64,000 nucleotides of DNA from Candidatus Poseidoniaceae archaeon (GCA_949373235.1 CASICQ010000007.1:1030-65029), one strand, 5' to 3'; counted from the first letter of the stretch, positions 47,839 to 58,506 are shown. Notes: generated from the sequence alone by a model not told the origin. Program-made: numbers and translations.

Positions 47839-48600
47839 ATGGGGAATATTGCTGCAGACCCAAGCCATCCACGGTATCAGTCGTTGCTCCTTCGTCACAG
47901 GCTTGAACAAGCTGAAAAGCAAGGCATGCTCGCTGGAAGTGCGATGATTGCCCATGGACGCGGTGAGGCTTTTGATTACCTGCTCGGGGAGCAAACCATC
48001 AACAGCGCTCGAGTCGCAACCAATCACGCATTAGCCGCGCTTCGAGGCGCCAAGCACCCAGTTCTGAGTTTGAACGGAAACGTCGCTGCCCTTGCGGGCA
48101 GAGAGACCCTCTTGCTCGCTGAAATGCTCCAGTGTCCTGTCGAAATCAACATTTTTTACCGCACACCTCAGCGGATGAAAGCGCTGCTTGAACATCTTGG
48201 GAAAATCAAATTGGATGAAGGCATTGATGTTACAATCCTCGGTGCTGCCCCTAACGCCCGCATTCCAGGGCTTGAGGGGCCAAGAGCAAAGTGCACGAAA
48301 GAGGGGATCCTTGAATCTGATGTCATTTTCGTGCCGCTGGAAGATGGTGACCGTTGTGAAGCCCTCGTCGCCATGGGAAAAACGGTAATTGTCGTCGACC
48401 TCAACCCTCTTTCACGCTCAGCAAAAATGGCGAGCATCACCATCGTCGATGAACTCACACGAGTCATGGAGAACATGTTGGCCATGATGTCAAGCCCGAT
48501 TGAAGACTTGGCCTCAAACTCATATGACAACGAAGCAGTGTTGGATGAAGCGTTGCATCATGTGGCAACAAAGTTCACTCAAACAAGCAACGAAGCTTGA
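47839..48600 (+). CDS. Archaeal 4-phosphopantoate--beta-alanine ligase (phosphopantothenate synthetase)
   Basis: SHPRYQSL, IAHGRGEAFDYLLGE, PLEDGDR, DLNPLSR. Confidence 0.93.
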   Translation: MGNIAADPSHPRYQSLLLRHRLEQAEKQGMLAGSAMIAHGRGEAFDYLLGEQTINSARVATNHALAALRGAKHPVLSLNGNVAALAGRETLLLAEMLQCPVEINIFYRTPQRMKALLEHLGKIKLDEGIDVTILGAAPNARIPGLEGPRAKCTKEGILESDVIFVPLEDGDRCEALVAMGKTVIVVDLNPLSRSAKMASITIVDELTRVMENMLAMMSSPIEDLASNSYDNEAVLDEALHHVATKFTQTSNEA

Positions 48601-48620
48601 TTGTGATGAGTGCGTAAATC

Positions 48621-49805
48621 TCAGAATTCTTCCGAGAGTTTTGCAACCAGTCGGCTCGAGATGCTCTCGCCAACTGCAGAGCAAGAGGCGTTGCCACCCA
48701 AGTCGTAGGTCAGCCCTTTGCCATCTCGCAAATGGTCAGCAACACTCTCGTCGACAAGACGCCCGATTCGGATCAATTCCTCTTCGCCGTTTTTGCGCCC
48801 GAGCCAATCCATCATGAGTTGGATCGAATTGATGGTGGCAATTGGATTGACTTTATTCATGCCAGCGTACTTTGGCGCTGAGCCGTGAACGGGTTCAAAG
48901 AAGGCGTGATCATCACCAATGTTCCCCGATGCAGCCATGCCCATACCGCCTTGAAGAACTGCCCCTAGATCGGTAGCAATGTCGCCAAACATGTTTGAGG
49001 TGACAACAACGTCGTATGATTCTGGTGAGCGGGTTAACCATTGCATGAAAGCGTCGATGTAACCGTAATCCTTCTCGGTTCCAGGGTAGCGCTCTGCGAC
49101 CTTGTCGAAGGTTCGACGGAACAGTTGGCAGCCGCGGGTCACGTTGGATTTGTCAATGCAAGAAACGCGTTTGACACCATCAAGTGGTGCCCCGTTTCGA
49201 GTCTCGGCAATGTCGAAGCCCATTTTGATCAAACGCTCGCTTCCATGTTCGGAGATTGGGCGCGGGTCGTAGGCAACCTCGCCTTGGAGGCCTGGGAATT
49301 CCATAGAAGGTGGTTCATAGGGTTCACGGCCTTGAGCGCGATCTGCGCTGCGGCGGAGCAACGAGTGGTAAAGCCCCTCTGTGTTTTCTCGCAGCACCGT
49401 CATGTCAACCATGCCAGGTTCCCAAATTTGAGTGAACCTTCCGTGGACCTTGTGAGGTACGCCTTCGTAGAGTTTGATTGGGCGGAGGTTGGCGTACAAG
49501 TCCAAACCGCTGCGCATGCCGAGGATAACAGAGCCGCCGGCAAGATCTCCGTTTGGAAGAAGTGCGCCGGGGTAACCGATGGCCCCGAGGTAAATTGCGT
49601 CTGCCTCGTCCCGGCAAAATTCGAATGAGCCTTCCGCCCATTCTTCTCCGGTTTCCATGTAATGTTGGCCGCCGCATTGAATCACAGTTTGTTCGAAACC
49701 ATGGTTGGTGTTGGCTTCGATTGCGTTGAGAATCCGTTGTGCTTCAAGCGCAACTTCTCGACCTGTTCCATCGCCGGGAAGAACTCCAATCCGATAATTT
49801 CCCAT
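48621..49805 (-). CDS. Isocitrate/isopropylmalate dehydrogenase family protein
   Basis: [50 protein letters not shown]. Confidence 0.92.
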   Translation of the reverse strand: MGNYRIGVLPGDGTGREVALEAQRILNAIEANTNHGFEQTVIQCGGQHYMETGEEWAEGSFEFCRDEADAIYLGAIGYPGALLPNGDLAGGSVILGMRSGLDLYANLRPIKLYEGVPHKVHGRFTQIWEPGMVDMTVLRENTEGLYHSLLRRSADRAQGREPYEPPSMEFPGLQGEVAYDPRPISEHGSERLIKMGFDIAETRNGAPLDGVKRVSCIDKSNVTRGCQLFRRTFDKVAERYPGTEKDYGYIDAFMQWLTRSPESYDVVVTSNMFGDIATDLGAVLQGGMGMAASGNIGDDHAFFEPVHGSAPKYAGMNKVNPIATINSIQLMMDWLGRKNGEEELIRIGRLVDESVADHLRDGKGLTYDLGGNASCSAVGESISSRLVAKLSEEF

Positions 49806-50028
49806 GCATCGGCCACGGGCAACCCCTACATGAACGCGACCCTTTCTGCCCATGGCCTTGCCTTTGCGAAAACCGATTGTGACTGCTCGTGGCTTCAACA
49901 CGAGGTGTGCATCCATTGGAAAGTATTCCTTCCAGCAGTCTGAACGCAGTGTTTCGGTTATCGAATGGAAACGATGGTCGGTGGAGTGAGAAAGGCTTCA
50001 TAGGCCGTCAAGAAGGAGAGAGAAGAAC

Positions 50029-50673
50029 ATGAGCGACAAGCAAAACAGGGTATCGGAAGGTCATGTTCGTGTTGAGGCTATGCCCGCAGAAGTGCAGCGA
50101 CTGGCCGAGGTGATGCAGAGTGTTGACCCAAAATGGGACCTAGACGAGTGGCTTGTGGAGCAAGCAAGGATGTCGCTGAATCTGGTGTCTGCAGATTTGA
50201 CGCGAGAGCGCCTTGCGGTTGAACAACGCCTCCATCGGCTCGAAAGCATCGCTCGGCGCCTTGAACCACCAATCGGCGAGGCAGGTGACCCGCTTCAAAA
50301 GAACCTGTTTGATTGCTTCAATCTTGAAATTGATGCGGCTATCAAAGGGTTGGGATCAAGAGCTGCACAGCCACACAAATCCGTCCAAGACGATGCTGCC
50401 GAAGATCTGCTTCATCCCGCCGCTTCGTTTTTGAATCTGCTACCCGACGATGAGGGCGATGACCCCTTGTTGGCGGTCGCTTGCCAAATGTTACTCGTCG
50501 TTGTCGAACATGAGATGGGCAAAGGAGAGCCTTGTGCCACATTGGATAAGATGTTCAAAGGCATGAATGAGCACGGAGTTGCGCCAGATGAAATCGATGA
50601 AGCCATTGACCACTTGCTTGCCATTGGCGCTTTGGTTGAAATCGATGATGACTGTTTTATTCCGACTGCTTGA
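50029..50673 (+). CDS. Hypothetical protein: coiled-coil plus C-terminal winged-helix-like domain
   Basis: Heptad-rich segment; C-terminus EIDEAIDHLLAIGALVEIDDDCF. Confidence 0.7.
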   Translation: MSDKQNRVSEGHVRVEAMPAEVQRLAEVMQSVDPKWDLDEWLVEQARMSLNLVSADLTRERLAVEQRLHRLESIARRLEPPIGEAGDPLQKNLFDCFNLEIDAAIKGLGSRAAQPHKSVQDDAAEDLLHPAASFLNLLPDDEGDDPLLAVACQMLLVVVEHEMGKGEPCATLDKMFKGMNEHGVAPDEIDEAIDHLLAIGALVEIDDDCFIPTA

Positions 50674-50795
50674 ACGAGCGGAGCCGGAAGGTAGGGGCGA
50701 ACAGCGGCCTGCCGAGTGATTCAAATCTTCTCTTTTGCTGGATTTAATTGACTGATTGCGGCATCTTGACCAATGAAAACAAACTGGGAACGCAC

Positions 50796-51104
50796 ATGGC
50801 GACAAAGAAGGAAGGCGCACAGCGGCTGATTGACAGCCTTGATTCCGGGCGGAAAATCCAACAGAAGTTGTGGTTTGCTGTTGGTCAAGCGGTGGTGGTT
50901 TCAGCGATTATTGCATGGTTCACTCAATGGCAGTTTGGGATTGCAGCGCTGCTCGTGTTCGGCCTTTTGATTCAATTTGCATTCGAACGAATGTCAAACA
51001 GCATCGAGGCAAGTCGCCTTGAAGCGCTACAAACCCTTGGCTGGTCTGCCGAACATGAAACGGATGAATCCTTGAGGCTCAAAGCGCAAAAAATACTCTC
51101 CTGA
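50796..51104 (+). CDS. Small two-TM membrane protein
   Basis: MATKKEG..., two hydrophobic helices. Confidence 0.65.
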   Translation: MATKKEGAQRLIDSLDSGRKIQQKLWFAVGQAVVVSAIIAWFTQWQFGIAALLVFGLLIQFAFERMSNSIEASRLEALQTLGWSAEHETDESLRLKAQKILS

Positions 51105-51114
51105 TGGTGAAGCG

Positions 51115-51801
51115 ATGCAATCTGATGCCTTACAATACCTCAATTTCATTGAGATTGAGGAACGCCGCCAAGCGCGGATGATCCGAAGAATGGGCGGTGC
51201 CTCGTTCGGAAGTTTATTTGCTGGTGTTTGGATGATCCGAGAAGGATTTGATGCTGTTGTGATCGGTGCTGTTTTCGCCTCCTTCATCGCCGTTTTCATG
51301 ATGATAAGCCGTGCAGAGGGCATCAAAGCTCATCAACGAGAAGAGGCTTTGCTGAGGCTTCTTGAAGTCCATCCCGATTACTTTGAGGACGGCCCTGCAA
51401 GGGAACGGCTGGTTCTGGCGGCAGAGACTGGGGCGTTCAACGAACTGCAAGTCAAAAAGAACACGGGCGCAATCCGCGGCCATGATGAGAAAGGGTTCAC
51501 GGGAGGCAAAAAAGCAAACCCACTCGATGCGGCGGCCCGCCGTCGAGACGCAATGGAATCCGAGAGCGACTATGTTGGACTGGAAGGGGATTTGCGACGT
51601 TCGGAACATTTGGTTGAGGAAGCCAATGCGCGTTACGAAGAAGCAGCGAGCCAGCATTGGAAAGCGGCTGAAGAAGCAGACCTCGATCTCATTGAAGCTG
51701 GGGTGGAGCGACTGGGTGATTTGGTTCAAACCGACTGGTTTGAGAAAAACGCAAAGGACGGTGCGGTTGACGAAGCAATGGGACAAGGCCAAAAGGAATG
51801 A
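51115..51801 (+). CDS. Hypothetical membrane protein
   Basis: Two TM helices then a charged helical tail; GGTGA SD. Confidence 0.7.
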   Translation: MQSDALQYLNFIEIEERRQARMIRRMGGASFGSLFAGVWMIREGFDAVVIGAVFASFIAVFMMISRAEGIKAHQREEALLRLLEVHPDYFEDGPARERLVLAAETGAFNELQVKKNTGAIRGHDEKGFTGGKKANPLDAAARRRDAMESESDYVGLEGDLRRSEHLVEEANARYEEAASQHWKAAEEADLDLIEAGVERLGDLVQTDWFEKNAKDGAVDEAMGQGQKE

Positions 51802-51817
51802 CGCTGCCCAGTGAACC

Positions 51818-52567
51818 ATGAAGGTCAAAGCGATTCTGCTCGCTGGTGGGCATGGAAGTCGCCTCGACCCTTTCACCAAATACACCCAAAAGACGTTGCT
51901 TCCGCTTCATGAGCGCCCCGTCATTGATTATGCACTTGGTACAATCCGTAGAGCTGGAATCAAGGACATCACCATCGTTTCAAACCAGTTTATCGGCCAA
52001 ATCACCAAGCATGTTGGTGTGGGATTTCCTGATGAACGCATCCATTACGTGTTGGAGGAAGAGCCGACAGGAGTTGCTGACGCACTCAACCTTGCACGAG
52101 CATACAACGAAAATTGCCGGCTTTTAGTTTACTTTTCAGACAACATTACAACCGTAGAACTCGCTGAAGAAGTGGCTCACTTTGAACAGGCCGAACGGGC
52201 CCCCGGATGCGTTCTTTTGGCTCGAAATGAAAAGAATCCCGAAGCGTTTGGTGTTGCTGTGCTCGATGAGGACGGGGGGGTGGTCGACATCGTTGAGAAA
52301 CCAAAAATTCCGCCTTCAAACCTCGCCATTGGAGGCATCTACCTGTTTGATGAGCACTTTTGGCCCATGGTGGATGCTGGCGTGAGCGAGCAGGGGGGCG
52401 ACTTTTCAATCTCTGATGTAACCAGAGCCTATGTGCTCAAAGGCGCTGCTAAACTGCTCACTTTAGGGGAAGAAACATGGGTGGATTGTGGCACACCGGA
52501 TTCGTTGCTCCAAGCCGCGCTGATGGCCAAACAAGGCAAGTTGAATCCACGGCCTTTCAGGCCCTAA
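51818..52567 (+). CDS. Sugar-phosphate nucleotidyltransferase (RmlA-like)
   Basis: AILLAGGHGSRL, LLP, FGV, VEKP, WVDCGT. Confidence 0.9.
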   Translation: MKVKAILLAGGHGSRLDPFTKYTQKTLLPLHERPVIDYALGTIRRAGIKDITIVSNQFIGQITKHVGVGFPDERIHYVLEEEPTGVADALNLARAYNENCRLLVYFSDNITTVELAEEVAHFEQAERAPGCVLLARNEKNPEAFGVAVLDEDGGVVDIVEKPKIPPSNLAIGGIYLFDEHFWPMVDAGVSEQGGDFSISDVTRAYVLKGAAKLLTLGEETWVDCGTPDSLLQAALMAKQGKLNPRPFRP

Positions 52568-52609
52568 TCATGGCAACTGACAAAGCCAACGAACCCTTCG
52601 CTCCTTCTG

Positions 52610-53434
52610 ATGAAGGTCGGAATCATTGGAGCAGGGATGGTCGGCGGGGCCATCGAAGAATGCTTTGGCCATGCGCACGAATTGTTCGTTCACGACCCTG
52701 CACGGGGCACTGAGTTGAGCGATGTCACCGACCACGTCGATTTCGCCTACATCGCCGTCCCAACCCCACCCCACCCTGAGACTGGCGCTTGCGACACTCG
52801 CATCGTTGAAGGGATCCTTGATGCACTGCCTGATGGATTCACCGCCGTCATCAAATCGACTGTTGTACCTGGTACGACCGAACTGTACCACGAACGGTAT
52901 CCAAATCTGAAAATCGCCTATTCTCCGGAGTTTTTAGTCGAACGGCAACGCCTCGAAGATTTTGCCAACCAAGATCTACTGGTGTGTGGCACGCATCACG
53001 CTGATGTGGCCGAACGGGTGTTCGAACAGCACCGTCAAGCAGGCGTCCTTCGCCGCGAAAATCTCTATCATGTTACGCCAACTCAAGCCGAGTTGGTCAA
53101 GTACACAAAGAACACATTCTACGCAATGAAGGTGATTTTCGCCAACCAAATGTACGACATTTGCGAAGCCATGGGCCAAGACTGGTACACCATTCGCGAC
53201 ATGATCACGGCGGAACAAGCACAACCCATCGGCCCTTCGCACCTCGACCCAATCTTCGGCCTGCACCGTGGTTTTGGTGGGAAATGCCTGCCAAAAGATT
53301 CGCTGGCACTCGGCGTTCTTGCAGAAGAGCACGGCGTGAAGTACAACCTCTTTGATGCGATTCAAACCGATAACGCAGCGCTTCGCGGCACCCTCACAGG
53401 CAAACCAAGCGACGTGGTCACCAACGATGATTGA
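52610..53434 (+). CDS. UDP-glucose/GDP-mannose dehydrogenase family, short form
   Basis: [42 protein letters not shown]. Confidence 0.9.
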   Translation: MKVGIIGAGMVGGAIEECFGHAHELFVHDPARGTELSDVTDHVDFAYIAVPTPPHPETGACDTRIVEGILDALPDGFTAVIKSTVVPGTTELYHERYPNLKIAYSPEFLVERQRLEDFANQDLLVCGTHHADVAERVFEQHRQAGVLRRENLYHVTPTQAELVKYTKNTFYAMKVIFANQMYDICEAMGQDWYTIRDMITAEQAQPIGPSHLDPIFGLHRGFGGKCLPKDSLALGVLAEEHGVKYNLFDAIQTDNAALRGTLTGKPSDVVTNDD

Positions 53435-53444
53435 AGGAATTGGG

Positions 53445-53876
53445 ATGTCAAAGCCAACAATTTCTGAAGTGTTACCGCGGGGTACGCTTCAGCGATTTGG
53501 AATTGCAGGTGGCTTCAACACCTTCCTTTTCTGGGTGCTCTGGGAGCTGCTGAGGCTTACACCTCTGTACGGAGATTCCAATGAAACGCTGCTTTGGTCC
53601 CTTGCGTGGTTGGGGTCGAGCATCATCGCCCATTTCGTTCACCGTGTGTTTACTTTTGATGGCCGCAGAAACCTTCGAACGACTGTGCTCGGCGCTGTTT
53701 CTGTCTACGCAGTTGGCATGATGGGATCAACGCTCACCTTCGACACGATGCTAACGATGTTCGACCATCTCCCCATTCGACTGTTGTTCTTCATCAACAT
53801 CGCAGCGTGGGGCTTATTCACGTGGGCGAGCATGCGCTGGCTTGTGTTTGGTTACACCAAAACTGAAGAAGAATAA
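53445..53876 (+). CDS. GtrA family membrane protein
   Basis: RFGIAGGFNT, HRVFTF, RWLVF; four TM helices. Confidence 0.8.
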   Translation: MSKPTISEVLPRGTLQRFGIAGGFNTFLFWVLWELLRLTPLYGDSNETLLWSLAWLGSSIIAHFVHRVFTFDGRRNLRTTVLGAVSVYAVGMMGSTLTFDTMLTMFDHLPIRLLFFINIAAWGLFTWASMRWLVFGYTKTEEE

Positions 53877-54239
53877 TCACACTGCATGGGTTTCCATCAG
53901 AGTAAGAGGTATAATTTCAAGCGCCGCTTCATGGGTTGCTTCGAGATCGAGTGGACAGCCGGAACCGGCGTGGAGCGCAGCCAGCCACGTTCGGGCACAA
54001 ACGCACCAAGAATCCCCTGGCTTGAGACCCGGAAATCCATGATGAGGAGCGGGTGTAATGAGGTCGTTGCCTTGGCTGCGGGCAAATTCAAGAAACTTCT
54101 CGGTGACAACGCAGCATACTGTGTGTGAGCCTCGATCGTTTTCGTCTGTGTTGCATTTTCCGTCCCTGTACCACCCTGTCATAGGGTCGCACGAACAGGT
54201 GTCGAGGGGTTGGCCAAGCACGTTGAGGCTGGGGAACAT
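53877..54239 (-). CDS. DUF2237 family protein
   Basis: NVLGQPL.CSCDPMTGWYRDG, GNDL.TP, FPGLKPGD.WCVCA. Confidence 0.92.
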   Translation of the reverse strand: MFPSLNVLGQPLDTCSCDPMTGWYRDGKCNTDENDRGSHTVCCVVTEKFLEFARSQGNDLITPAPHHGFPGLKPGDSWCVCARTWLAALHAGSGCPLDLEATHEAALEIIPLTLMETHAV

Positions 54240-54361
54240 GGTCCCTGCACCACGCCGATGCACAAGAAGGCTTGTCCGATTTCGAAACGGTCATCCAAAC
54301 AACCGGCTGACGGGTTCTTGGCGGCGTTGGGTTCTAAGGTGAGGTCGCTCACCGATGATTC

Positions 54362-54793
54362 ATGCTCCCAGATACAGTTCACAAACTTCCACGAGAAGAA
54401 CGCTACGCTTACGCTCGCTTGCTCGCCTTCATGGCGCGAGTTGACAACGAACTCACCGTCGATGAAATGGCAATGTTTGAACAACGGCTTGGTACGGCTC
54501 TTTTGTCTCCAAATCAACGACAAATGATTCGCAGTGCCCTCAAGACGCCGCCAACACTGGAAGAATGCTTGAGCGGCCTAGGTCCCGAAGCAGGCCGATT
54601 GGCCCTTCGAGACGCAACGCTGATGGCGGCTGCAGATGGCACAGTCGATGAAGACGAACGCGATGTGTTGCAAACAATTGTAGAACACCTCGAACTTGCT
54701 GATGATTCGGTCGAACGCCTCCTAAACTGGACCGTCAAAGGTACCATGTGGATGCAGGAAGGGTATGACCTGCTCAACACCTTAGCGGAGTGA
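54362..54793 (+). CDS. TerB family protein
   Basis: MARVDNELTVDE and AAADGTVDEDE paired metal-binding motifs. Confidence 0.85.
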   Translation: MLPDTVHKLPREERYAYARLLAFMARVDNELTVDEMAMFEQRLGTALLSPNQRQMIRSALKTPPTLEECLSGLGPEAGRLALRDATLMAAADGTVDEDERDVLQTIVEHLELADDSVERLLNWTVKGTMWMQEGYDLLNTLAE

Positions 54794-54799
54794 AGGCAA

Positions 54800-55225
54800 G
54801 TGTACGTCGACCTTACGGTTGATTTTACTCCCGATGAAGTCAAAGGCTACGCCCAACTGATGATCATTGTTGCATCCGCTGATGGAGCGCTTGTCAAAGA
54901 AGAACTCGCCATCATCGAGGCGATGATGGGGCGGGCCATGATGCATCCAGAAATGCGCGTGGATTTGAGAAACATGCTCGAAAAGCCCCCTCAATTGAAG
55001 TTGGTGCTCGAACGGCTGACACCGATTGTTCTCAAAGTCGCATTGCGCGATGCAATTCTGGTCGCTGCCGTTGATGGGGAATACGATTCGGAGGAGATTA
55101 AAATCATCAAGCAAATCGCAAAAGCAGCAGGTGTAAAGAAATCTCAACTCTCCGCTTTGTTTGAATGGGTAAAAGCTGGCTGGGAGTGGCATATCCAGAG
55201 TTTCGACCATCTCGGTTTAGTTTGA
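54800..55225 (+). CDS. TerB family protein
   Basis: VASADGALVKEE and AAVDGEYDSEE motifs; GTG start 6 bp after the previous stop. Confidence 0.85.
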   Translation: MYVDLTVDFTPDEVKGYAQLMIIVASADGALVKEELAIIEAMMGRAMMHPEMRVDLRNMLEKPPQLKLVLERLTPIVLKVALRDAILVAAVDGEYDSEEIKIIKQIAKAAGVKKSQLSALFEWVKAGWEWHIQSFDHLGLV

Positions 55226-55314
55226 TTTTACCTGCTTAACCTGTCTTTTTAGGACCCTCTTCACAAGGGTCACATTCAAACCAATCGGACCAACCGGCAA
55301 GGTTGGGTGGGGTT

Positions 55315-57309
55315 ATGCAAAGCGGAGTTAGCGGCTGGTATGCACGATTGGATCGATGCCTTGAAAATCGACCTGAACAGATTGAAATCTGGCTCCAAGC
55401 ATGGGAACAATCCCTTCGAGTTCACCAACCCATAGCGGCGCTTCTTCCCGAAGACTGGCCGACCCTGCCAGCAAACCTTCTCACAGACCCGGGCCATGTG
55501 CTCGATCACCTTCTCGCCCGCCATGACGCCGAAACCGATGGACGCTCGCCTCGAGGCGCCCACCCCACGCCGCCTCGTTTGGCAGATGCTGTGATTGCCT
55601 CTGAATTGCTCGAAAGCCTCACTCGCCCAAAAACGCCTGTGAAATCTTCGACCATGCACCTAAGCAACCTCCCCCCCGGTTTCCGACAGCACATCGAGAA
55701 ACTGAACCTCCCACAGCACAGCCAGGAAACGGAAATCGATGATGAAGTGGAACTGAAGCGTGTTGAAGCAGGACGGCGAACCTTGAGTGGCATACCGTTG
55801 CCGATTGCGGACACATCATGTGGCGGTGGCATCTTCCACGCCCGTCTTATTCGTCGCCATTCTGAACACCATGAAGACAGCACCGAAGAACGTCGAATCA
55901 AGGACACACGGTTGTTGCTCACCGCATTCCAGTTGCTCGATGTCGATGCCCTTGTCGTCGCCTCAACCCGCCGCAGATTGTTGCTTGAATGCATTCGTTT
56001 CGGCCTTGTGAGTCTGAAGGCAGACAAGCCGGGGTGCTTGGGTCGAAAGGAAGCAGAAATGTTGCTTGAAAAGGCAGTCCAACAAGGCGATACCCTCCAA
56101 GGCGAATGGCCATGGACAGCGGAACCTCAACTTGTGGTCACCAACCCGCCATGGCTGCGAATCAAGGACCGTTTCCGAGGCATGGAAGATGGAAGTAAAT
56201 TACGCAGGGAACTTGGCGAACACCTTCGCGCCCTCACTGACAACGGTAAGCCGCGCTTCTCAACCATGAGAGGGAACGTCAACCTCTACCGCTTGTTCAT
56301 CGAACGCAGTTTGCAAATCCTCGAACAAGGCGGCCGGCTTCGATTGATCGCACCTGATAGCATCCTTCGAGAGCAATCCTCACACCCATTGCGCACACTG
56401 CTCGTTGAAGAACACGGATGGTCTGACATCTGGGCTATTGAAGAAGCAAACCACCTTTTCCCTGGCATGACTCAAGGCGTGGCCGTGTTGGGCATTACTG
56501 CAAAAATGGCTGTCGATCAGTTGTTGATGCACGGTCCAATCAGTCGAGCGGATTTGCGCCGCGACCAAAACGGACTCTCCAACAGGGTGCCCTCGTTTGA
56601 GATGGCCCCCGGGCGTTGGGTCGCTTGGGCCAAGGACACTTGGGCCATACCTCGGCTCCCTCGAGACCGCATCGAGCGCAAGCAAACGCTTGCTGTGTTG
56701 GACCGGCTCGCACTGCTCCCTCGCCTTGGCGATGAGCAACATGCTTTGGCAACGAGCGGTCACACCGTGCGAGTTCGTGTTGGTGAAATCGACCAAACTG
56801 CACATTCAAAGAGCATTGAAACATGGACGAAAGGGCGCACATCAAGGCCGTTTATTCGCGGCGTTCACTTTTCTGAGGACGCCGATGGTGGAGTGTTCGT
56901 GCGCCATCCAGCCTTCCGAACTGACATTCCTTCAAGGGCCAATGAGCGTCAACTCGCCATGTGGTGCGGCGCTACAGAACCGAAATTTGGACCTCGCCTG
57001 GCGTGCCAAGCGATCGTCAATGCTCACCAAGAGCGCCGCTTGCGATGGGCCGTCATCCCAGCAGGATGCGTGCTGGGCAACAGCGTGAACCACATCGAGC
57101 TTCACCCCGAAATCCAAGACCGTTTGATCACCCTACATGGATCGCTTGAAACCGCTCTCCAGTGGATGTGCAATTTGTTGAACGATGAAGACCTTGATGA
57201 ATGGGCTCGAGCCTGGTCTGCGAACAACAACGTCAACAACTATGAATTGGAAATGCTGCCGCTTGATGTGAACAGTGAAATTCCGGAATTAGTGCCCCTT
57301 ATTCGATAA
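55315..57309 (+). CDS. N6-adenine DNA methyltransferase (Eco57I/TaqI-like, gamma order), no evident nuclease domain
   Basis: HPTPPRLA, motif I DTSCGGGIF, motif IV TNPPW, NLYRLFIERSL, LIAPDS, C-terminal NNNVNNYELEMLP. Confidence 0.82.
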   Translation: MQSGVSGWYARLDRCLENRPEQIEIWLQAWEQSLRVHQPIAALLPEDWPTLPANLLTDPGHVLDHLLARHDAETDGRSPRGAHPTPPRLADAVIASELLESLTRPKTPVKSSTMHLSNLPPGFRQHIEKLNLPQHSQETEIDDEVELKRVEAGRRTLSGIPLPIADTSCGGGIFHARLIRRHSEHHEDSTEERRIKDTRLLLTAFQLLDVDALVVASTRRRLLLECIRFGLVSLKADKPGCLGRKEAEMLLEKAVQQGDTLQGEWPWTAEPQLVVTNPPWLRIKDRFRGMEDGSKLRRELGEHLRALTDNGKPRFSTMRGNVNLYRLFIERSLQILEQGGRLRLIAPDSILREQSSHPLRTLLVEEHGWSDIWAIEEANHLFPGMTQGVAVLGITAKMAVDQLLMHGPISRADLRRDQNGLSNRVPSFEMAPGRWVAWAKDTWAIPRLPRDRIERKQTLAVLDRLALLPRLGDEQHALATSGHTVRVRVGEIDQTAHSKSIETWTKGRTSRPFIRGVHFSEDADGGVFVRHPAFRTDIPSRANERQLAMWCGATEPKFGPRLACQAIVNAHQERRLRWAVIPAGCVLGNSVNHIELHPEIQDRLITLHGSLETALQWMCNLLNDEDLDEWARAWSANNNVNNYELEMLPLDVNSEIPELVPLIR

Positions 57310-57431
57310 TCCGACAATTTCTGGCTGGATTTCTCCGGATATCTAAGCGCACGATGCGCGGAACATGAGGAACATGGTTTATTTATGACAAGCCGCTGGA
57401 TTGACCATTAGGGTTTAGCCTAGGTGATATT

Positions 57432-58013
57432 GTGGGCGTTCATCCAAAGATAGGTATCACCGGCTTACCGCGCAGCGGGAAATCCGCTGTGATGGAAAAA
57501 GTTCTCGAAATGCTCGTCGACGAGCGCAAGCGAGAGATCCTCCTCCGAGGAAGCCTCTCTGATGCACCGATCATCGGCGGCATGCAAACGCTTCCCATCA
57601 TGGATGGAAGTGAACGGCTTGGCTACAAAGTGATCAACATCGTCACTAAAGAAGAGGCTATTATGGCTCACAAGAACATCGATTCAAGGTTGCGAGTGCT
57701 TGGTTACGGCATTGATATTGAAGCGCTTGAGCGCGTTGCAATTCCTGCTATTGAATACGCCCGGGATGAATGCGAAGTGCTCGTCATCGATGAAATTGGA
57801 AAGTTTGCTGTCGAAAGCGAGAATTTTGTCAACGTGGTTCGAAGTGCGCTTGAAGTGGACAAACCAACCTTGCTCACCCTTCACAAAAAGAGCCGTCACC
57901 CGCTGCTTCAAGACATTCGTCGACGCGACGATGGTCGCATCCTCGAAGTGACGCCTGTGAACCGAGCGTTGTTGCCTTACAAGATTCACAAGTTGATGCG
58001 AGAAACCTACTGA
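57432..58013 (+). CDS. Nucleoside-triphosphatase (THEP1/NTPase_1 family)
   Basis: ITGLPRSGKS Walker A, LVIDEIGK Walker B. Confidence 0.92.
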   Translation: MGVHPKIGITGLPRSGKSAVMEKVLEMLVDERKREILLRGSLSDAPIIGGMQTLPIMDGSERLGYKVINIVTKEEAIMAHKNIDSRLRVLGYGIDIEALERVAIPAIEYARDECEVLVIDEIGKFAVESENFVNVVRSALEVDKPTLLTLHKKSRHPLLQDIRRRDDGRILEVTPVNRALLPYKIHKLMRETY

Positions 58014-58078
58014 AGTTTCGCCCGCTTCTCCTATCATCGAGCCGCTGGTTTCATCCGTATCCGTCCGCAGGGCATCAC

Positions 58079-58420
58079 ATGGCCAATCCAGGGGATGCTG
58101 CATCCAAGTTGTTGCTCGGCACCGGGATTGGATTGTTGTTGATTGCTGGCTTTGGCTTGATTGAACAACGAATGAGCGTAGATGGGCTCAGCCTTGGCTG
58201 GCTTTTTGTTCTTCTCGGACTGATTTCTCTCGGGCTTGGAAAAACCCTTGATCGCAATTCAGGCCCCCTTTCACAAGCCTTTCCAGATGAAAGCGCTGAA
58301 CAACTTGCAGTGCGCGTCCGAAACGACATCAACACCTCGATCAAAGATGCAAGCGTTGGATCTGCTTGGGCTGTACTTGAAGCGAACGTGCTTGAACAAG
58401 AGTTGTCGCAAGAGGAATAA
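58079..58420 (+). CDS. Small two-TM membrane protein
   Basis: Two hydrophobic helices and a charged tail. Confidence 0.65.
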   Translation: MANPGDAASKLLLGTGIGLLLIAGFGLIEQRMSVDGLSLGWLFVLLGLISLGLGKTLDRNSGPLSQAFPDESAEQLAVRVRNDINTSIKDASVGSAWAVLEANVLEQELSQEE

Positions 58421-58506
58421 ACGCTTCTTGTCATTGGTTTTTGTATCGCTCAAAGAGCGGTGACTTCATCTAAGGCAAGCCCGTCGATTGTATTGGGTGG
58501 AAAGAC

